Of a stretch of DNA of 64,000 nucleotides, positions 29,434-39,068 are shown piece by piece. Location of the stretch: contig JAZGAD010000053.1 in the NCBI GenBank assembly GCA_036444275.1, positions 27,341-91,340 of the forward strand, in the 5' to 3' direction. Each line of letters begins with the position of its first letter. Position 1 is the first letter of the stretch. Made by a program: the position numbers and the translations under genes. Under the pieces are notes generated by a model, which did not search any database, had not been told where the DNA came from, and saw nothing but the letters and a program-made list of their open reading frames with translations. The DNA is from Candidatus Hydrothermarchaeales archaeon. Its GTDB lineage: Archaea > Hydrothermarchaeota > Hydrothermarchaeia > Hydrothermarchaeales > JAZGAD01.

Positions 29434-29907
29434 TCACCTAGGCTCTACGATCAATTTACCTTTCATTTCAAGATGCCCAAATCCACAGGAGCGGACGTTG
29501 CAGCGGAAAGGAAATTCTCCACTATGATCTGCAACAAATTTTACTATTTTTACCTTTCCAGGATAGATCATCTCAGATATATTGTAAAAGGGCAGATAGA
29601 ATCCATGAACTAAGTCAACCGATGTTATATAAAGTGTAACAGTCTCTCCTTCTGTGACTACTATTTCATTCTTTTTCTTATTTGTGTCACGAAAATTCCA
29701 TCCCCCCTCGTTGATCAACCATACCCCTGGTTCCAAGCCAAAAGGGTTATAACCAACGACATTTATTGCCACAGCATCTCTATGTGGCTGATAGTTCAGG
29801 GTATAGTAAGGGATAGTGATTAAAAGCAGAGCAGCTGCTACGACGAATATTGGTTCAATATACTTGTATTCGGTCAATTCCTGCCTCCATGCATACCGGG
29901 TATCCAA
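29434..29907 (-). CDS. Membrane-anchored CuA-type cupredoxin (COX subunit II-like)
   Basis: N-terminal TM; DLVHGF...IYPG...CNVRSCGFGHLEM. Confidence 0.83.
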   Translation of the reverse strand: MDTRYAWRQELTEYKYIEPIFVVAAALLLITIPYYTLNYQPHRDAVAINVVGYNPFGLEPGVWLINEGGWNFRDTNKKKNEIVVTEGETVTLYITSVDLVHGFYLPFYNISEMIYPGKVKIVKFVADHSGEFPFRCNVRSCGFGHLEMKGKLIVEPR

Positions 29908-29917
29908 TTCACTAAGC

Positions 29918-30679
29918 TTACTTGCCCAGCAACAGCTCGCTCTCTAAATCAGGGAAGTATGGTAGGAGTCTCGTCTGTACGAGTCGATCCACCCCGAAGA
30001 GTATTGCGATACCTGTGAGTATTAGCACCCAGCCTGCGAGCTTTTTTATAAGAAGAGAATTACGCTTGACCCACTCGATTTTGCTGGAAGTATACTTCCC
30101 GCCATAGGCGATGGCAAGCATAGGCAATCCTAACCCAATAGAGTAGGAGAGAAGCAGTAGTGAGCCTCGTATCATACTCCCTTGGACAATGGCGAACGCC
30201 AAAACTGACCCTAATATGGGCCCAACACAGGGAATCCATACTATGCCAAGGGATAAACCCAAGAGAAAAGCACTAGCCAGTGGGTGGGACTCATAGGCTA
30301 TTTTATCCCTTTGATAAAAGTCAGAGAGCCCCCTCCTGAATAAGGAGTGGAATCTGTTCACGAGGGCAGATGAATACCTGGCATAAAAGTCGTAGATATC
30401 CTCGTCGACCATAACTGCACCCAAGGCAATTATCACGGCCACGAAAATAAGTCTAAGAGTATCCCTCCCGGCTCCAACGGCTATTCCTATAGCTGAGAAT
30501 AAGCCGCCCATAAGGGTGAAAGTTACGGAGCTTCCTAGGACTATGAAGAGGGGCCTCAACCTATGCCCAACGCTACCCGCGAGCATTGGAGGTAAGATGG
30601 GTATCACGCAGGGGGTAGCTATAGTCAATACTCCAGCAACAAATGCCAGAAGCATCGTGGGTTCCGGGAGAGTGGCCAT
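29918..30679 (-). CDS. ccdA: CcdA/DsbD-like transmembrane thiol-redox protein
   Basis: AGVLTIATPCVIPILP and WIPCVGPILGSVL. Confidence 0.9.
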   Translation of the reverse strand: MATLPEPTMLLAFVAGVLTIATPCVIPILPPMLAGSVGHRLRPLFIVLGSSVTFTLMGGLFSAIGIAVGAGRDTLRLIFVAVIIALGAVMVDEDIYDFYARYSSALVNRFHSLFRRGLSDFYQRDKIAYESHPLASAFLLGLSLGIVWIPCVGPILGSVLAFAIVQGSMIRGSLLLLSYSIGLGLPMLAIAYGGKYTSSKIEWVKRNSLLIKKLAGWVLILTGIAILFGVDRLVQTRLLPYFPDLESELLLGK

Positions 30680-30707
30680 CGTCTATCACCTGAATTTAGT
30701 TTAGATA

Positions 30708-33086
30708 TCATTTAATCTTATATCTCGGGTCGAAGATGATTATCATAATTATGCTCACCGCGAATAAAATTACCCCTAGCCACGTAAGGTTTATCAGGGG
30801 CTTTATCTTTACATCAAGGGGTATCGAGTCACCGCTGAAGCCAGTGAATATCACATAGACATCGCCGTAGAGACCGCGGTCTATCATCACCTTCTTGGCA
30901 TCGCCATTCTTATACTGGATCAGCCTCGCTACTCCTTCCCCTATCTTGCTTGTACCTTTGTAGACCACCAGTCTAACCTCCTGCGTGGTGGAGAAGACTT
31001 TTTCCTCCTCTTCGTAGCTCCTAATATTACTGGAGAACAGGACTAAATCAAAGGTCTTGTTCAGGGTATCGCTTTTGAAATCCGCCATCAAGAAGCCGCT
31101 GGCCACCAGCCTTGTGTCTACTGGTATTTCTGCATCTATTCTATCCACAGCCACCCAAAGCTCTCTATTACCTTCCACCAGCTTCAAGTAGGTGATGTGC
31201 TCAGTGTTTACCACCTCGCCCACAGCACCCCGAATGAGGTAGTCATCTCTCAACTGGACAGCCAAGTCGGCGTAGAATTCCGAGATGCTCATACCCGGCG
31301 GCAACTTTTGCTCATTACTATCTTCGTATTGCTTTGTGATGTCGTAGCTTATCAGTTGCACACCGTAGGGGGTGCCCTGAACCTGTGACACTACACCCTT
31401 GCTGGCCTTATTGACAGTTATAGAGAACCCAGAGTCAAACATCGAACTAAACACTACCCCAATAAAGATCAGGACGATTGAAGCGTGAATGACTATTACG
31501 CTCAGTTCGACGATCTTATAGTTCCTGCCCTTGAGTTTACGCAGCCTCTCTATTCCCCTCTCAACTATGGAGTAGATCAAATAGATGGAGGGGGGGAATA
31601 TGCTCAGGGCAGAGATAGAACCAACTAGGGTATAAAAGAAGGGCTTCTCAGGGCTTATTATTGCAGAATAATCTACTATGTTCCAGGCCTCATTAGGACG
31701 ATACACAGCTGCGATGATAGTTAAGGCTGAGAAGAAAGTAAAGTAAGTGAGGCATTTCTTCTTGGTAGAAGCCTTATAATTGAAGCAGAGTCCTCCAAGG
31801 AGTAAGAGGACTATAAATAGGGGATAGCTCCAGATATTGAAAAAGGCCAGACCCACACCATACTTCTTACCGGTGAAGAGCTTAGTCAGAGCCGGGAAGG
31901 TTACCCCCCAGAAGGATATGACGGTCAGAATAATAAAAATAAGAATTGATAGATAAAAGATATTGGTCTTAGTGATATAGGAAGTCTCTATTCTTTCCTC
32001 AGCGTCTTCTACGACTAGGTATCTAATCACTGCTAGTCCAATAGGCAGGACGAACGCGATTATAGTTAGAGCCACAAGATAGAATCCAACGCCTCCAGCC
32101 GCAAAAGCATGAACGCTTTCAAAGAAGCCACTCCTAGTCACTAAAGTAGCGTATACCACCAGAGTGAAGGTCATAGCGACAAGGGTTGGAGCTAGGAGCA
32201 CGTACCTCCTCTTGTTTCGCCGGTGTTCAACAAGGGTATGCATCGCGCCTGTTAGTATGAGCCACGGTATGAGGGGAGCGGTCTCTACTGGGTCCCATGC
32301 CCAGAAGCCGCCCCAGCCCAGCACCTGGTATGCCCATATGCCACCGACGGCTATCGCAAGCGTTAGGAAGAGCCAGGATATCCGGCACCACAGCATGATG
32401 TGGGGTAGAAGCTGGCGCAGCCCTTCTTCTCCTTTCCCTCTAATGGACTTGAATAGATAGACCACTGAAATTGCAAATGGATTGGTTGTAGCTGCATAGG
32501 CTATGAACATGAGCATCGGGTGAATAGTCATCCAAGGGTCAATTAACAATGGGTTGAGGCTATTGCCATCCTCTGGTATAAAGGTCTTAGGTAGGTCTGG
32601 GTAAAGGTTGTAGATGGTCTTGAAGGGGGAGTCCAACTTTGTTAAGAACACGAAGTACAAGCCTATGAATAGGACCACTATCAACGTCTTGTCTATGAAG
32701 TCCTTGTTAGCTCCCTTCCGCTCGCTCAGCCACAGGCCACCGACAGCGATGAGGAAGGCCCAGAATAGCATTGTCCCCTGCTGTCCAGCCAGAGTTCCAG
32801 CTAGTTTGTAATAGATGGGTAAACCTTTACTGGTGAATGCCCAGACGTAGTTTATACTGAAATTGGTGGTGACGAAGTAGTAGGTAAGCAGGGCGTAATC
32901 GATCGCTAGAAGGAGAGTGAATACCCTGATCAGCCACGTCACCGGCCTATCGAAGGATCTATCCTTGAATCTCTGCCCAGCCAGGAGAAGGAGAAGTGCT
33001 AAGGCCCCAACAGGTATGCTGGCATAGAGAATATGGTCTCCAACGTCTAATTCAATAATATGGGTTATCGTGCTTCCTATGTCCAC
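30708..33086 (-). CDS. ccmF: Cytochrome c maturation heme lyase CcmF with inserted domain
   Basis: LNPLL...IHP, WAYQVLGWGGFWAWDPVE, MH, TRSG..ESVHAF; GTG 33086 has a GGAGG RBS. Confidence 0.9.
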   Translation of the reverse strand: MDIGSTITHIIELDVGDHILYASIPVGALALLLLLAGQRFKDRSFDRPVTWLIRVFTLLLAIDYALLTYYFVTTNFSINYVWAFTSKGLPIYYKLAGTLAGQQGTMLFWAFLIAVGGLWLSERKGANKDFIDKTLIVVLFIGLYFVFLTKLDSPFKTIYNLYPDLPKTFIPEDGNSLNPLLIDPWMTIHPMLMFIAYAATTNPFAISVVYLFKSIRGKGEEGLRQLLPHIMLWCRISWLFLTLAIAVGGIWAYQVLGWGGFWAWDPVETAPLIPWLILTGAMHTLVEHRRNKRRYVLLAPTLVAMTFTLVVYATLVTRSGFFESVHAFAAGGVGFYLVALTIIAFVLPIGLAVIRYLVVEDAEERIETSYITKTNIFYLSILIFIILTVISFWGVTFPALTKLFTGKKYGVGLAFFNIWSYPLFIVLLLLGGLCFNYKASTKKKCLTYFTFFSALTIIAAVYRPNEAWNIVDYSAIISPEKPFFYTLVGSISALSIFPPSIYLIYSIVERGIERLRKLKGRNYKIVELSVIVIHASIVLIFIGVVFSSMFDSGFSITVNKASKGVVSQVQGTPYGVQLISYDITKQYEDSNEQKLPPGMSISEFYADLAVQLRDDYLIRGAVGEVVNTEHITYLKLVEGNRELWVAVDRIDAEIPVDTRLVASGFLMADFKSDTLNKTFDLVLFSSNIRSYEEEEKVFSTTQEVRLVVYKGTSKIGEGVARLIQYKNGDAKKVMIDRGLYGDVYVIFTGFSGDSIPLDVKIKPLINLTWLGVILFAVSIIMIIIFDPRYKIK

Positions 33087-33099
33087 CTGGTTTCCTCCA

Positions 33100-33591
33100 C
33101 TAAGAATGGGGTAATTCTCCAAATACTAACTGCCTTTGATGTCCCTCTGCAATGCTCCTGAGGATAGGCGCCAACTGCTCAACTGATACGTAGCCCGGAA
33201 TCCTTGTTATAGTATCTCCATCTCGCGTAAGGAAGAGCAGATGGGGGGGATATGAAATTCCAAATTTATTTGCGTCTCCCCTATTCGTATCTAGGTCCAC
33301 GGCGACTAGGACGAAATGTTCCGTCAGTAAACTATAGATCTCTGGATCAGGATATACCTCGGTGTGCAGTTTCTCGCAGTACCGGCACCACATAGCCCAG
33401 ACATAGAGCAATATGGGCTTGTTCTCGATCTCTGCTACGCTCTTGCCCGCCTCGTAGGTATTGTACCACGTTAGCCCGCTGATATATGTGTAGTTTGCAT
33501 CGCTAATTAAAGGGGACGCGTTAATAGAGTAATATATGAATAACATCACAGTCACCAAGGCTGCTATACTGATAACCTTCTTGGGTTTCAT
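33100..33591 (-). CDS. Membrane-anchored thioredoxin-family protein
   Basis: N-terminal TM, WCRYC, YPP cis-Pro loop, IPGY. Confidence 0.88.
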   Translation of the reverse strand: MKPKKVISIAALVTVMLFIYYSINASPLISDANYTYISGLTWYNTYEAGKSVAEIENKPILLYVWAMWCRYCEKLHTEVYPDPEIYSLLTEHFVLVAVDLDTNRGDANKFGISYPPHLLFLTRDGDTITRIPGYVSVEQLAPILRSIAEGHQRQLVFGELPHS

Positions 33592-33635
33592 GTTTCTTCA
33601 ACTCCTGTTTAACATCTCCATACTAAATAAATAAT

Positions 33636-33917
33636 CTACTTCACCACCAGGTAAAGGAGGACCCCTAAGCCTATGAATTCGAATGCAGAGGCGGCTGCAT
33701 GGAATCCCTCTACAGGGCACTGCTGTATACTACCCAAAACAGAGTAAAGAAGAGGGCAAGAGAACACCGCGTCCAAGAGAAAGATGAGGACAAAGATTAT
33801 CAATCCAAGGGTGAATTTAGACTTGACCTCCCGGTAGCTCTGAGCGAAGACATAGAGAAGGGCTATAAGCAGGATTATATTCCCAACTGAGATGGCTGTA
33901 TATATCTCGTGTATCAT
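33636..33917 (-). CDS. Small 3-TM membrane protein
   Basis: Hydrophobic, SKFTLGLIIF; paired with upstream wHTH gene. Confidence 0.75.
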   Translation of the reverse strand: MIHEIYTAISVGNIILLIALLYVFAQSYREVKSKFTLGLIIFVLIFLLDAVFSCPLLYSVLGSIQQCPVEGFHAAASAFEFIGLGVLLYLVVK

Positions 33918-33944
33918 TGTCTCTCCCTATCCTTATACTTTTAA

Positions 33945-34226
33945 TTACTTTTTCCCAATTTTCTCCCAGATTTCTTGAAAGAGTTCGAAGTTCTCTTCCA
34001 TCTCCTCCGTTAGGAAATAAGGCGTGCCGTATTTTTCTCCAGCTGTGGTGAGTATCTTATTATCCACCAAGATATCCAGGTGGTGCCTCACGGTCTTATA
34101 GTCTAATTTGAGTCTATCTGCCAGCTGATTTGCATTATAAGGACGCTTCTCCAATTCTATGATTATCCTAGCTCTAGTCGCTCCCCCTCTAGTACCAGCG
34201 AGCAACCACCATAGGACGCGTTTCAT
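33945..34226 (-). CDS. ArsR-like winged-helix regulator
   Basis: LWWLLAGTRGG..RARII...PYNANQLA..L.LDYKTVRHHLDIL...YG..YF, a common archaeal family. Confidence 0.9.
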   Translation of the reverse strand: MKRVLWWLLAGTRGGATRARIIIELEKRPYNANQLADRLKLDYKTVRHHLDILVDNKILTTAGEKYGTPYFLTEEMEENFELFQEIWEKIGKK

Positions 34227-34247
34227 GCGTTATGATTAGGAAAGCCT

Positions 34248-35252
34248 CTACTTAAACCACTCGATGGTACTTTTAAGCCCCTCTTTAAGCGGGACCCTTG
34301 GCTTCCAGTCCAAGAGCCTCTTCGCCTTAGTTATATCTGGGCACCGCCTCTTGGGATCGTCCTTGGGCAAGGGATAGAATGTTATCTCAGATCTGGAGTT
34401 GGTCAGTTCTTTTATGAGTTTAGCTAAATCCAAAATATTCGTCTCTTTATCGCTCCCTAGATTTACTACTTCGCTTTCAGCCTCATCAATAGCCGCGAGC
34501 TTCAGGATGCCTTCCACCTCGTCGGTGACATAGGTGAAGGAACGTGTCTGCGTACCATTCCCGAAGACTGTTATAGGCTCACCTTTGAGTGCTTGGTCGA
34601 TGAACCTAGGTACCGCTCTACCGTAGATGTCCCCTGCCCGCATAAGGGGGCCATATGTATTAAAGATCCTGACTATTCGCGTGTCTAACCCATGTTGCAG
34701 CTCGTACGCTTTGACGAAGGACTCTCCAGCTCGCTTGGCCTCGTCGTAGCAGCTTCTTGGGCCTACAGGGTTCACATTTCCATTGTAGCTCTCCGATGTC
34801 GGAATAAACCTCGGGTCAGCATCACCGTAGATTTCACTGGTAGATGTGTACAGGAAGCGTGCGCTATGCTTCTTAGCTATCCCCAAGGCTATCCATATCC
34901 CTAATGTGTTAGCCTTAAGAATCTGTATTGGGTGCTTTTCAAATTCAAAGGGAGATGCCCTGCTCGCAAGGTGCATCACAATATCAAATTTTTTATCCAG
35001 TTCTATAGGCCGGGAGATATCATGCTCTATGAACTCGAAGTTCTCTTTCCCGCGTAAACCTGCAATGTTCTTAGATCGACCGCTGGCCAGGTTATCTATA
35101 CAGGTGACTTTTGCATTATGTTCTACTAGCACATTGCATATCCAAGAGCCGAGGAAGCCGGCTCCACCTGTAATTAGAACCTTTCTACCCTCGAAAGAAA
35201 GATTATCTTTATTTAAAGCTTCAACTATCGCTGAGATATCCTCGTCAATCAC
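34248..35252 (-). CDS. UDP-glucuronate decarboxylase-like SDR
   Basis: GGAGFLGS, HLASRASP, STSEIYGD, GPRSCYDEAKR, QTRSFTYV, DDPKRRCPDI. Confidence 0.9.
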   Translation of the reverse strand: MIDEDISAIVEALNKDNLSFEGRKVLITGGAGFLGSWICNVLVEHNAKVTCIDNLASGRSKNIAGLRGKENFEFIEHDISRPIELDKKFDIVMHLASRASPFEFEKHPIQILKANTLGIWIALGIAKKHSARFLYTSTSEIYGDADPRFIPTSESYNGNVNPVGPRSCYDEAKRAGESFVKAYELQHGLDTRIVRIFNTYGPLMRAGDIYGRAVPRFIDQALKGEPITVFGNGTQTRSFTYVTDEVEGILKLAAIDEAESEVVNLGSDKETNILDLAKLIKELTNSRSEITFYPLPKDDPKRRCPDITKAKRLLDWKPRVPLKEGLKSTIEWFK

Positions 35253-36115
35253 TGAAGACCACTCTCACTCAGCAACTCGTTTAAATATCCTTCTAAGTCC
35301 TCCCGTATCTCAGGGTTATCTAAAGCTATCTCAATGGAACTCTTAAGCCAGTCCAGTTTGTTCCCTATGTCGTATCTCTTTCCCTTGAACTCATAGGCAT
35401 ATATTTCCTGCTTATCCTTCAAAAGATGCAATGCATCTGTAAGCTGGATCTCCCCACCAACTCCCGGCTCCACTCGCTCTATGCAGTCAAAAATCTCTGG
35501 GGTAAGGAGGTACCTACCAATTATCCCAAGATCAGAGGGCGCTTCTTCTGGAGTGGGCTTCTCCACTAGATCTAAAATTTTATAAATGTCATCAATAGGC
35601 TTTGCCTCAATGATACCATAGCTTGATATCTTCTCCCTCTTAACCCGCTCAACCGCTATAATAGAGGTTGAGTATCTATCGAATACTTCTACCAACTGCT
35701 TGGTGCATGGTACAGGAGCTATAGTTATGGTATCACCTAACAAGACGGCGAAGGGCTCACCGCCTACGTATTTCTTGGCGCAGTATATAGCGTCTCCAAG
35801 GCCCAACTGCTCCTTCTGCCTAATAAAATGCAGGCTCGCTAGGTCCGAGATATCCTCTATCTCCTTTAGAAAGTCATTCTTGTTCTTCTGCTTCAGGACC
35901 AATTCTAGCTCTACGGACTTATCGAAGTGGTCCTCTATAGCTCGCTTTCCTCTGCCTGTGATTATCAAGATGTCCTCTATGCCAGAGGCTACCGCTTCTT
36001 CCACCACATATTGAATGGTAGGCTTATCGTATACCGGTAGCATCTCCTTGGGCTGGGCCTTCGTAGCAGGCAAAAACCGCGTTCCCAAACCACCTGCTGG
36101 TATAACCGCTTTCAT
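35249..36115 (-). CDS. galU: UTP-glucose-1-phosphate uridylyltransferase
   Basis: GGLGTRFLPATKAQPKEMLP, RQKEQLGLG, VEKP, GEIQLTDA. Confidence 0.96.
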   Translation of the reverse strand: MKAVIPAGGLGTRFLPATKAQPKEMLPVYDKPTIQYVVEEAVASGIEDILIITGRGKRAIEDHFDKSVELELVLKQKNKNDFLKEIEDISDLASLHFIRQKEQLGLGDAIYCAKKYVGGEPFAVLLGDTITIAPVPCTKQLVEVFDRYSTSIIAVERVKREKISSYGIIEAKPIDDIYKILDLVEKPTPEEAPSDLGIIGRYLLTPEIFDCIERVEPGVGGEIQLTDALHLLKDKQEIYAYEFKGKRYDIGNKLDWLKSSIEIALDNPEIREDLEGYLNELLSESGLQ

Positions 36116-36119
36116 AACC

Positions 36120-37403
36120 TCACCAACATATACCCTCGTAGTCGTCAGCTATCTTTGCTTCCTCTATCCTCCGCCCATCTATCACAATCTTCCCCTTATA
36201 CAAATTCTCCTTCCTGAAGTCGTCCCATTCAGTAACGATAAGCACGTATTTCCCATGCTTCACAGCTTCCTCAGGCGAAGAGCAGTAGACGAGGCGTTCG
36301 TGCTCCCCAAAGATCTTCTTTGCCTCCTCCATAGCTTTAGGATCCGTAACATAGACCTTTGCCCCTTTCCTCAACAGGCTGTGGACAACTTTTATGGATT
36401 GGGCCTCCCGCATGTCATCAGTACCAGGTTTAAATGCCAATCCCAGGACTACTGTATCTATCCCCTTTAAAGGTCCGGCCTTCTTTTCCAGTATTTCCAC
36501 CATCCTCAATGCTTGGGCATCGTTTATCTCTAGGGCAGCATTCAACAGAGAGGGGCGATAGTAGACCTCTTGGGCTTTGCCCACTAATGCCTTGACATCT
36601 TTTGGAAAACACGATCCTCCGAATCCCAGACCAGAGTTAAGGAACTTCGGGGAGATCCTTGAGTCCATACCCAAGCCCTTGGCAACCTCGTAGACGTCTA
36701 TGCCCAGCTCCTTGCATATATTGCCTATTTCGTTGATGAAGCTTATCTTGGTCACCAAGAAGGAATTCGTAGCATACTTAATCATCTCAGCAGTGCTTGG
36801 GCGAGTATTCATTATCTGGCTGTCGAAGTCGCTATATAGTTCTATCAACATATCACGGGACCGTTGATCCGTGCAGCCCAGTACAATCCTGTCAGGATGT
36901 ATGAAATCTTGAACAGCTTTACCCTCTCTTAGAAATTCGGGATTCATCGCTACCCCAAAATCCTCTCCACTTTTTTTCCCAGAACACTTTTCCAATAGCG
37001 GTTGCACCATGTATTCCGTTGTTCCAGGTACAACGGTGCTCTTCACCACGACTACGTGGAAGTCTTTCTTGTCCTTTAGTAAATTCCCTATTTCTTTCGC
37101 TACCTCCTCCACGTATTTGAGATCTATATATCCCAAAAGACCTGATGGCGTGCCAACGCAGATGAAGGAGATATCAGTATTTATGATCTCCTCTAAATGC
37201 GCAGTAGCGTGAATCGTCCCTTTTTTGAGGGATTGTGATAAGAGTTCCTGTAGTCCATTCTCGTATATCGGAGGGATGCCCTTGTTGATATTCTCTACCC
37301 TCGCTTTGTCTATATCCACGCAGGTAACCTCGTTTCCACGGCTGGCGAAGCATGCGCCGGTGACCAAACCCACGTAACCGGTTCCTATGACAGATATTCT
37401 CAT
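36120..37403 (-). CDS. ugd: UDP-glucose 6-dehydrogenase
   Basis: GTGYVGL, KSTVVPGT, NPEFLREG, GFGGSCFPKD, LAFKPGTDDMRE; start moved to ATG 37403. Confidence 0.94.
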   Translation of the reverse strand: MRISVIGTGYVGLVTGACFASRGNEVTCVDIDKARVENINKGIPPIYENGLQELLSQSLKKGTIHATAHLEEIINTDISFICVGTPSGLLGYIDLKYVEEVAKEIGNLLKDKKDFHVVVVKSTVVPGTTEYMVQPLLEKCSGKKSGEDFGVAMNPEFLREGKAVQDFIHPDRIVLGCTDQRSRDMLIELYSDFDSQIMNTRPSTAEMIKYATNSFLVTKISFINEIGNICKELGIDVYEVAKGLGMDSRISPKFLNSGLGFGGSCFPKDVKALVGKAQEVYYRPSLLNAALEINDAQALRMVEILEKKAGPLKGIDTVVLGLAFKPGTDDMREAQSIKVVHSLLRKGAKVYVTDPKAMEEAKKIFGEHERLVYCSSPEEAVKHGKYVLIVTEWDDFRKENLYKGKIVIDGRRIEEAKIADDYEGICW

Positions 37404-37942
37404 AGTTCTAGTTCTTCCTCCTTTATTCCCGCTTTTTTTAACTCTTTTGATGCATCTCCTCTCGACCTCCCCTTGAGGATGCTCCTGATAGTCTCCCTTA
37501 CCTCCCAAGGAAATATCACCCAGGCTGAGGTCTCCATTGCATATAGGTTAGGAGTATACTTTGAGGAAGGTTTCTTGACCAAGGTAGCGACGAATATATT
37601 TCCTGCCTTTCTTTCTTCTAGGTGTTTTATCACAGTCAGGAGACTTGCACCAGTGTCCGCAATATCATCAACTAGCAACACCTTTTTGCCTGTGACGTCG
37701 AACTGCGTCGGGTGTAAGATCAAGGGGTTTTCCCTAGGTTTACCTACGTCCTCGTAGAATTTTACCCTGACGGTATAGAGCTCATCATTGTCAAGGATAT
37801 CGCTTAATATCCTCGCTGGGGCCCAGCCACCCCGTGCTATGCTCACGATTATGTCGAATTCTACCTTATTCTCCCTGATATTCTTGGCTAGGTACTCACA
37901 CTGTTTTTGAATGTCGTTCCAGGATAAGCGCATGTATTCCAT
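37400..37942 (-). CDS. Purine phosphoribosyltransferase family protein
   Basis: IARGG, VLLVDDIADTGASL PRPP loop, WVIFPWE. Confidence 0.9.
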   Translation of the reverse strand: MEYMRLSWNDIQKQCEYLAKNIRENKVEFDIIVSIARGGWAPARILSDILDNDELYTVRVKFYEDVGKPRENPLILHPTQFDVTGKKVLLVDDIADTGASLLTVIKHLEERKAGNIFVATLVKKPSSKYTPNLYAMETSAWVIFPWEVRETIRSILKGRSRGDASKELKKAGIKEEELEL

Positions 37943-38207
37943 AGTCAACCCCAAAATACAGAGAGTATTATGTTTTCTGCCATATTGATATTTATATGCG
38001 CCGCTTCGTGCTCACGATAATAGCTCGGCCCTTCGCCATACAAAATGCCTCCGAGCTACTCATGTTTAGTTTATCATCCTAATTTTGAAACACTCCATAT
38101 ATAACGAAAGTATTAAATAATTCTCCAATTGATTAAAGTATGGGGATGGGAAACACCACTGCCGATAACCGGCAGGATTTTTAAAAGGGAAAAAGGAGGT
38201 AGAGGAT

Positions 38208-38642
38208 ATGGGTGAGGAAGCAGAAGAAGCGAATAAGTATATGGCAGAGAAGATGGGGTTCACGCCGCGGATGTTTAAAATTATAAATACGGTGAACCCT
38301 GAGGCCGGGAAGACATTTGCGGATTTCTATAACAGTCTATGGAAGGACGGAGCGCTGTCGAAGAAGACCAAGGAACTGATGTTTACATCAATAGGCGTGG
38401 CCAATATGTCCCCAAGGTGCCTGATTCATGTTATACCGGCTATAAAAGAAGGGGCTACCACAGCAGAGATATTTGAGGCCGTCGCAGTCGGAACCATAGC
38501 GGCTGGTTTTGTGCCAAATGGGGCTGGTATACCATATGCCTTCGAGTACGCAGTCAAAGTCCTTGAGATCGCAGACAAGTACAGCAAAGGAGAAGAATGG
38601 GAATACTTGTTGCCAACCAAGTTTGATCACGGAATACACTGA
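38208..38642 (+). CDS. Carboxymuconolactone decarboxylase/AhpD-like protein
   Basis: GALSKKTKELM..IGVA...RCLIH...AIKEGATTAEIFEA; GGAGG RBS. Confidence 0.85.
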   Translation: MGEEAEEANKYMAEKMGFTPRMFKIINTVNPEAGKTFADFYNSLWKDGALSKKTKELMFTSIGVANMSPRCLIHVIPAIKEGATTAEIFEAVAVGTIAAGFVPNGAGIPYAFEYAVKVLEIADKYSKGEEWEYLLPTKFDHGIH

Positions 38643-38653
38643 GCCTGAATGTT

Positions 38654-38691
38654 ATAGGAGATAGAGGGTGTCTTTTCTATCTCCTATTTTT
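38654..38691 (+). terminator. Hairpin plus T-tract after CMD gene
   Basis: ATAGGAGATAGA...TCTATCTCCTAT 12-bp stem followed by TTTT. Confidence 0.7.
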
Positions 38692-38854
38692 CCCTATTTT
38701 TTAATACGGGTATAGTTGTGCTAGCGGTGTCAATTCTTAGTTTGCTATGATGCTCTATCTACAAGTTTCTTTTTATTAGAGCGTTCTAACAGTATGCTAT
38801 GCGTTAAAAAATATAATAGACTAAATAGAATAATGGACTATTTAATCCCTAAAT

Positions 38855-38928
38855 GCCTCGGTAGCTCAGCTTGGTAGAGCGTCTGCTTGGTAAGCAGGAG
38901 GTCGCGGGTTCGGATCCCGCCCGAGGCT
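38855..38928 (+). tRNA. tRNA-Thr(GGT)
   Basis: GCCTCGG/CCGAGGC acceptor stem, anticodon loop TTGGTAA, GTTCGGATCC T-arm. Confidence 0.96.
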
Positions 38929-38981
38929 CTAGATCTTTAAAGCGTAGGAAATATCACAAATATATCGAGAGTCCCTTTTTA

Positions 38982-39055
38982 GGACCCGTAGTCCAGCCTG
39001 GATAAGACAGAGGCCTCCGGAGCCTTAAACCCGGGTTCGAATCCCGGCGGGTCCG
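38982..39055 (+). tRNA. tRNA-Arg(CCG)
   Basis: GGACCCG/CGGGTCC acceptor stem, loop CTCCGGA, GTTCGAATCC. Confidence 0.96.
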
Positions 39056-39068
39056 TTCCATATACTCG

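Noticed and set aside
28971-29907. Cytochrome c oxidase or nitrous oxide reductase operon
   Set aside because: Only CuA domains are present; no subunit I or NosZ catalytic domain in the window
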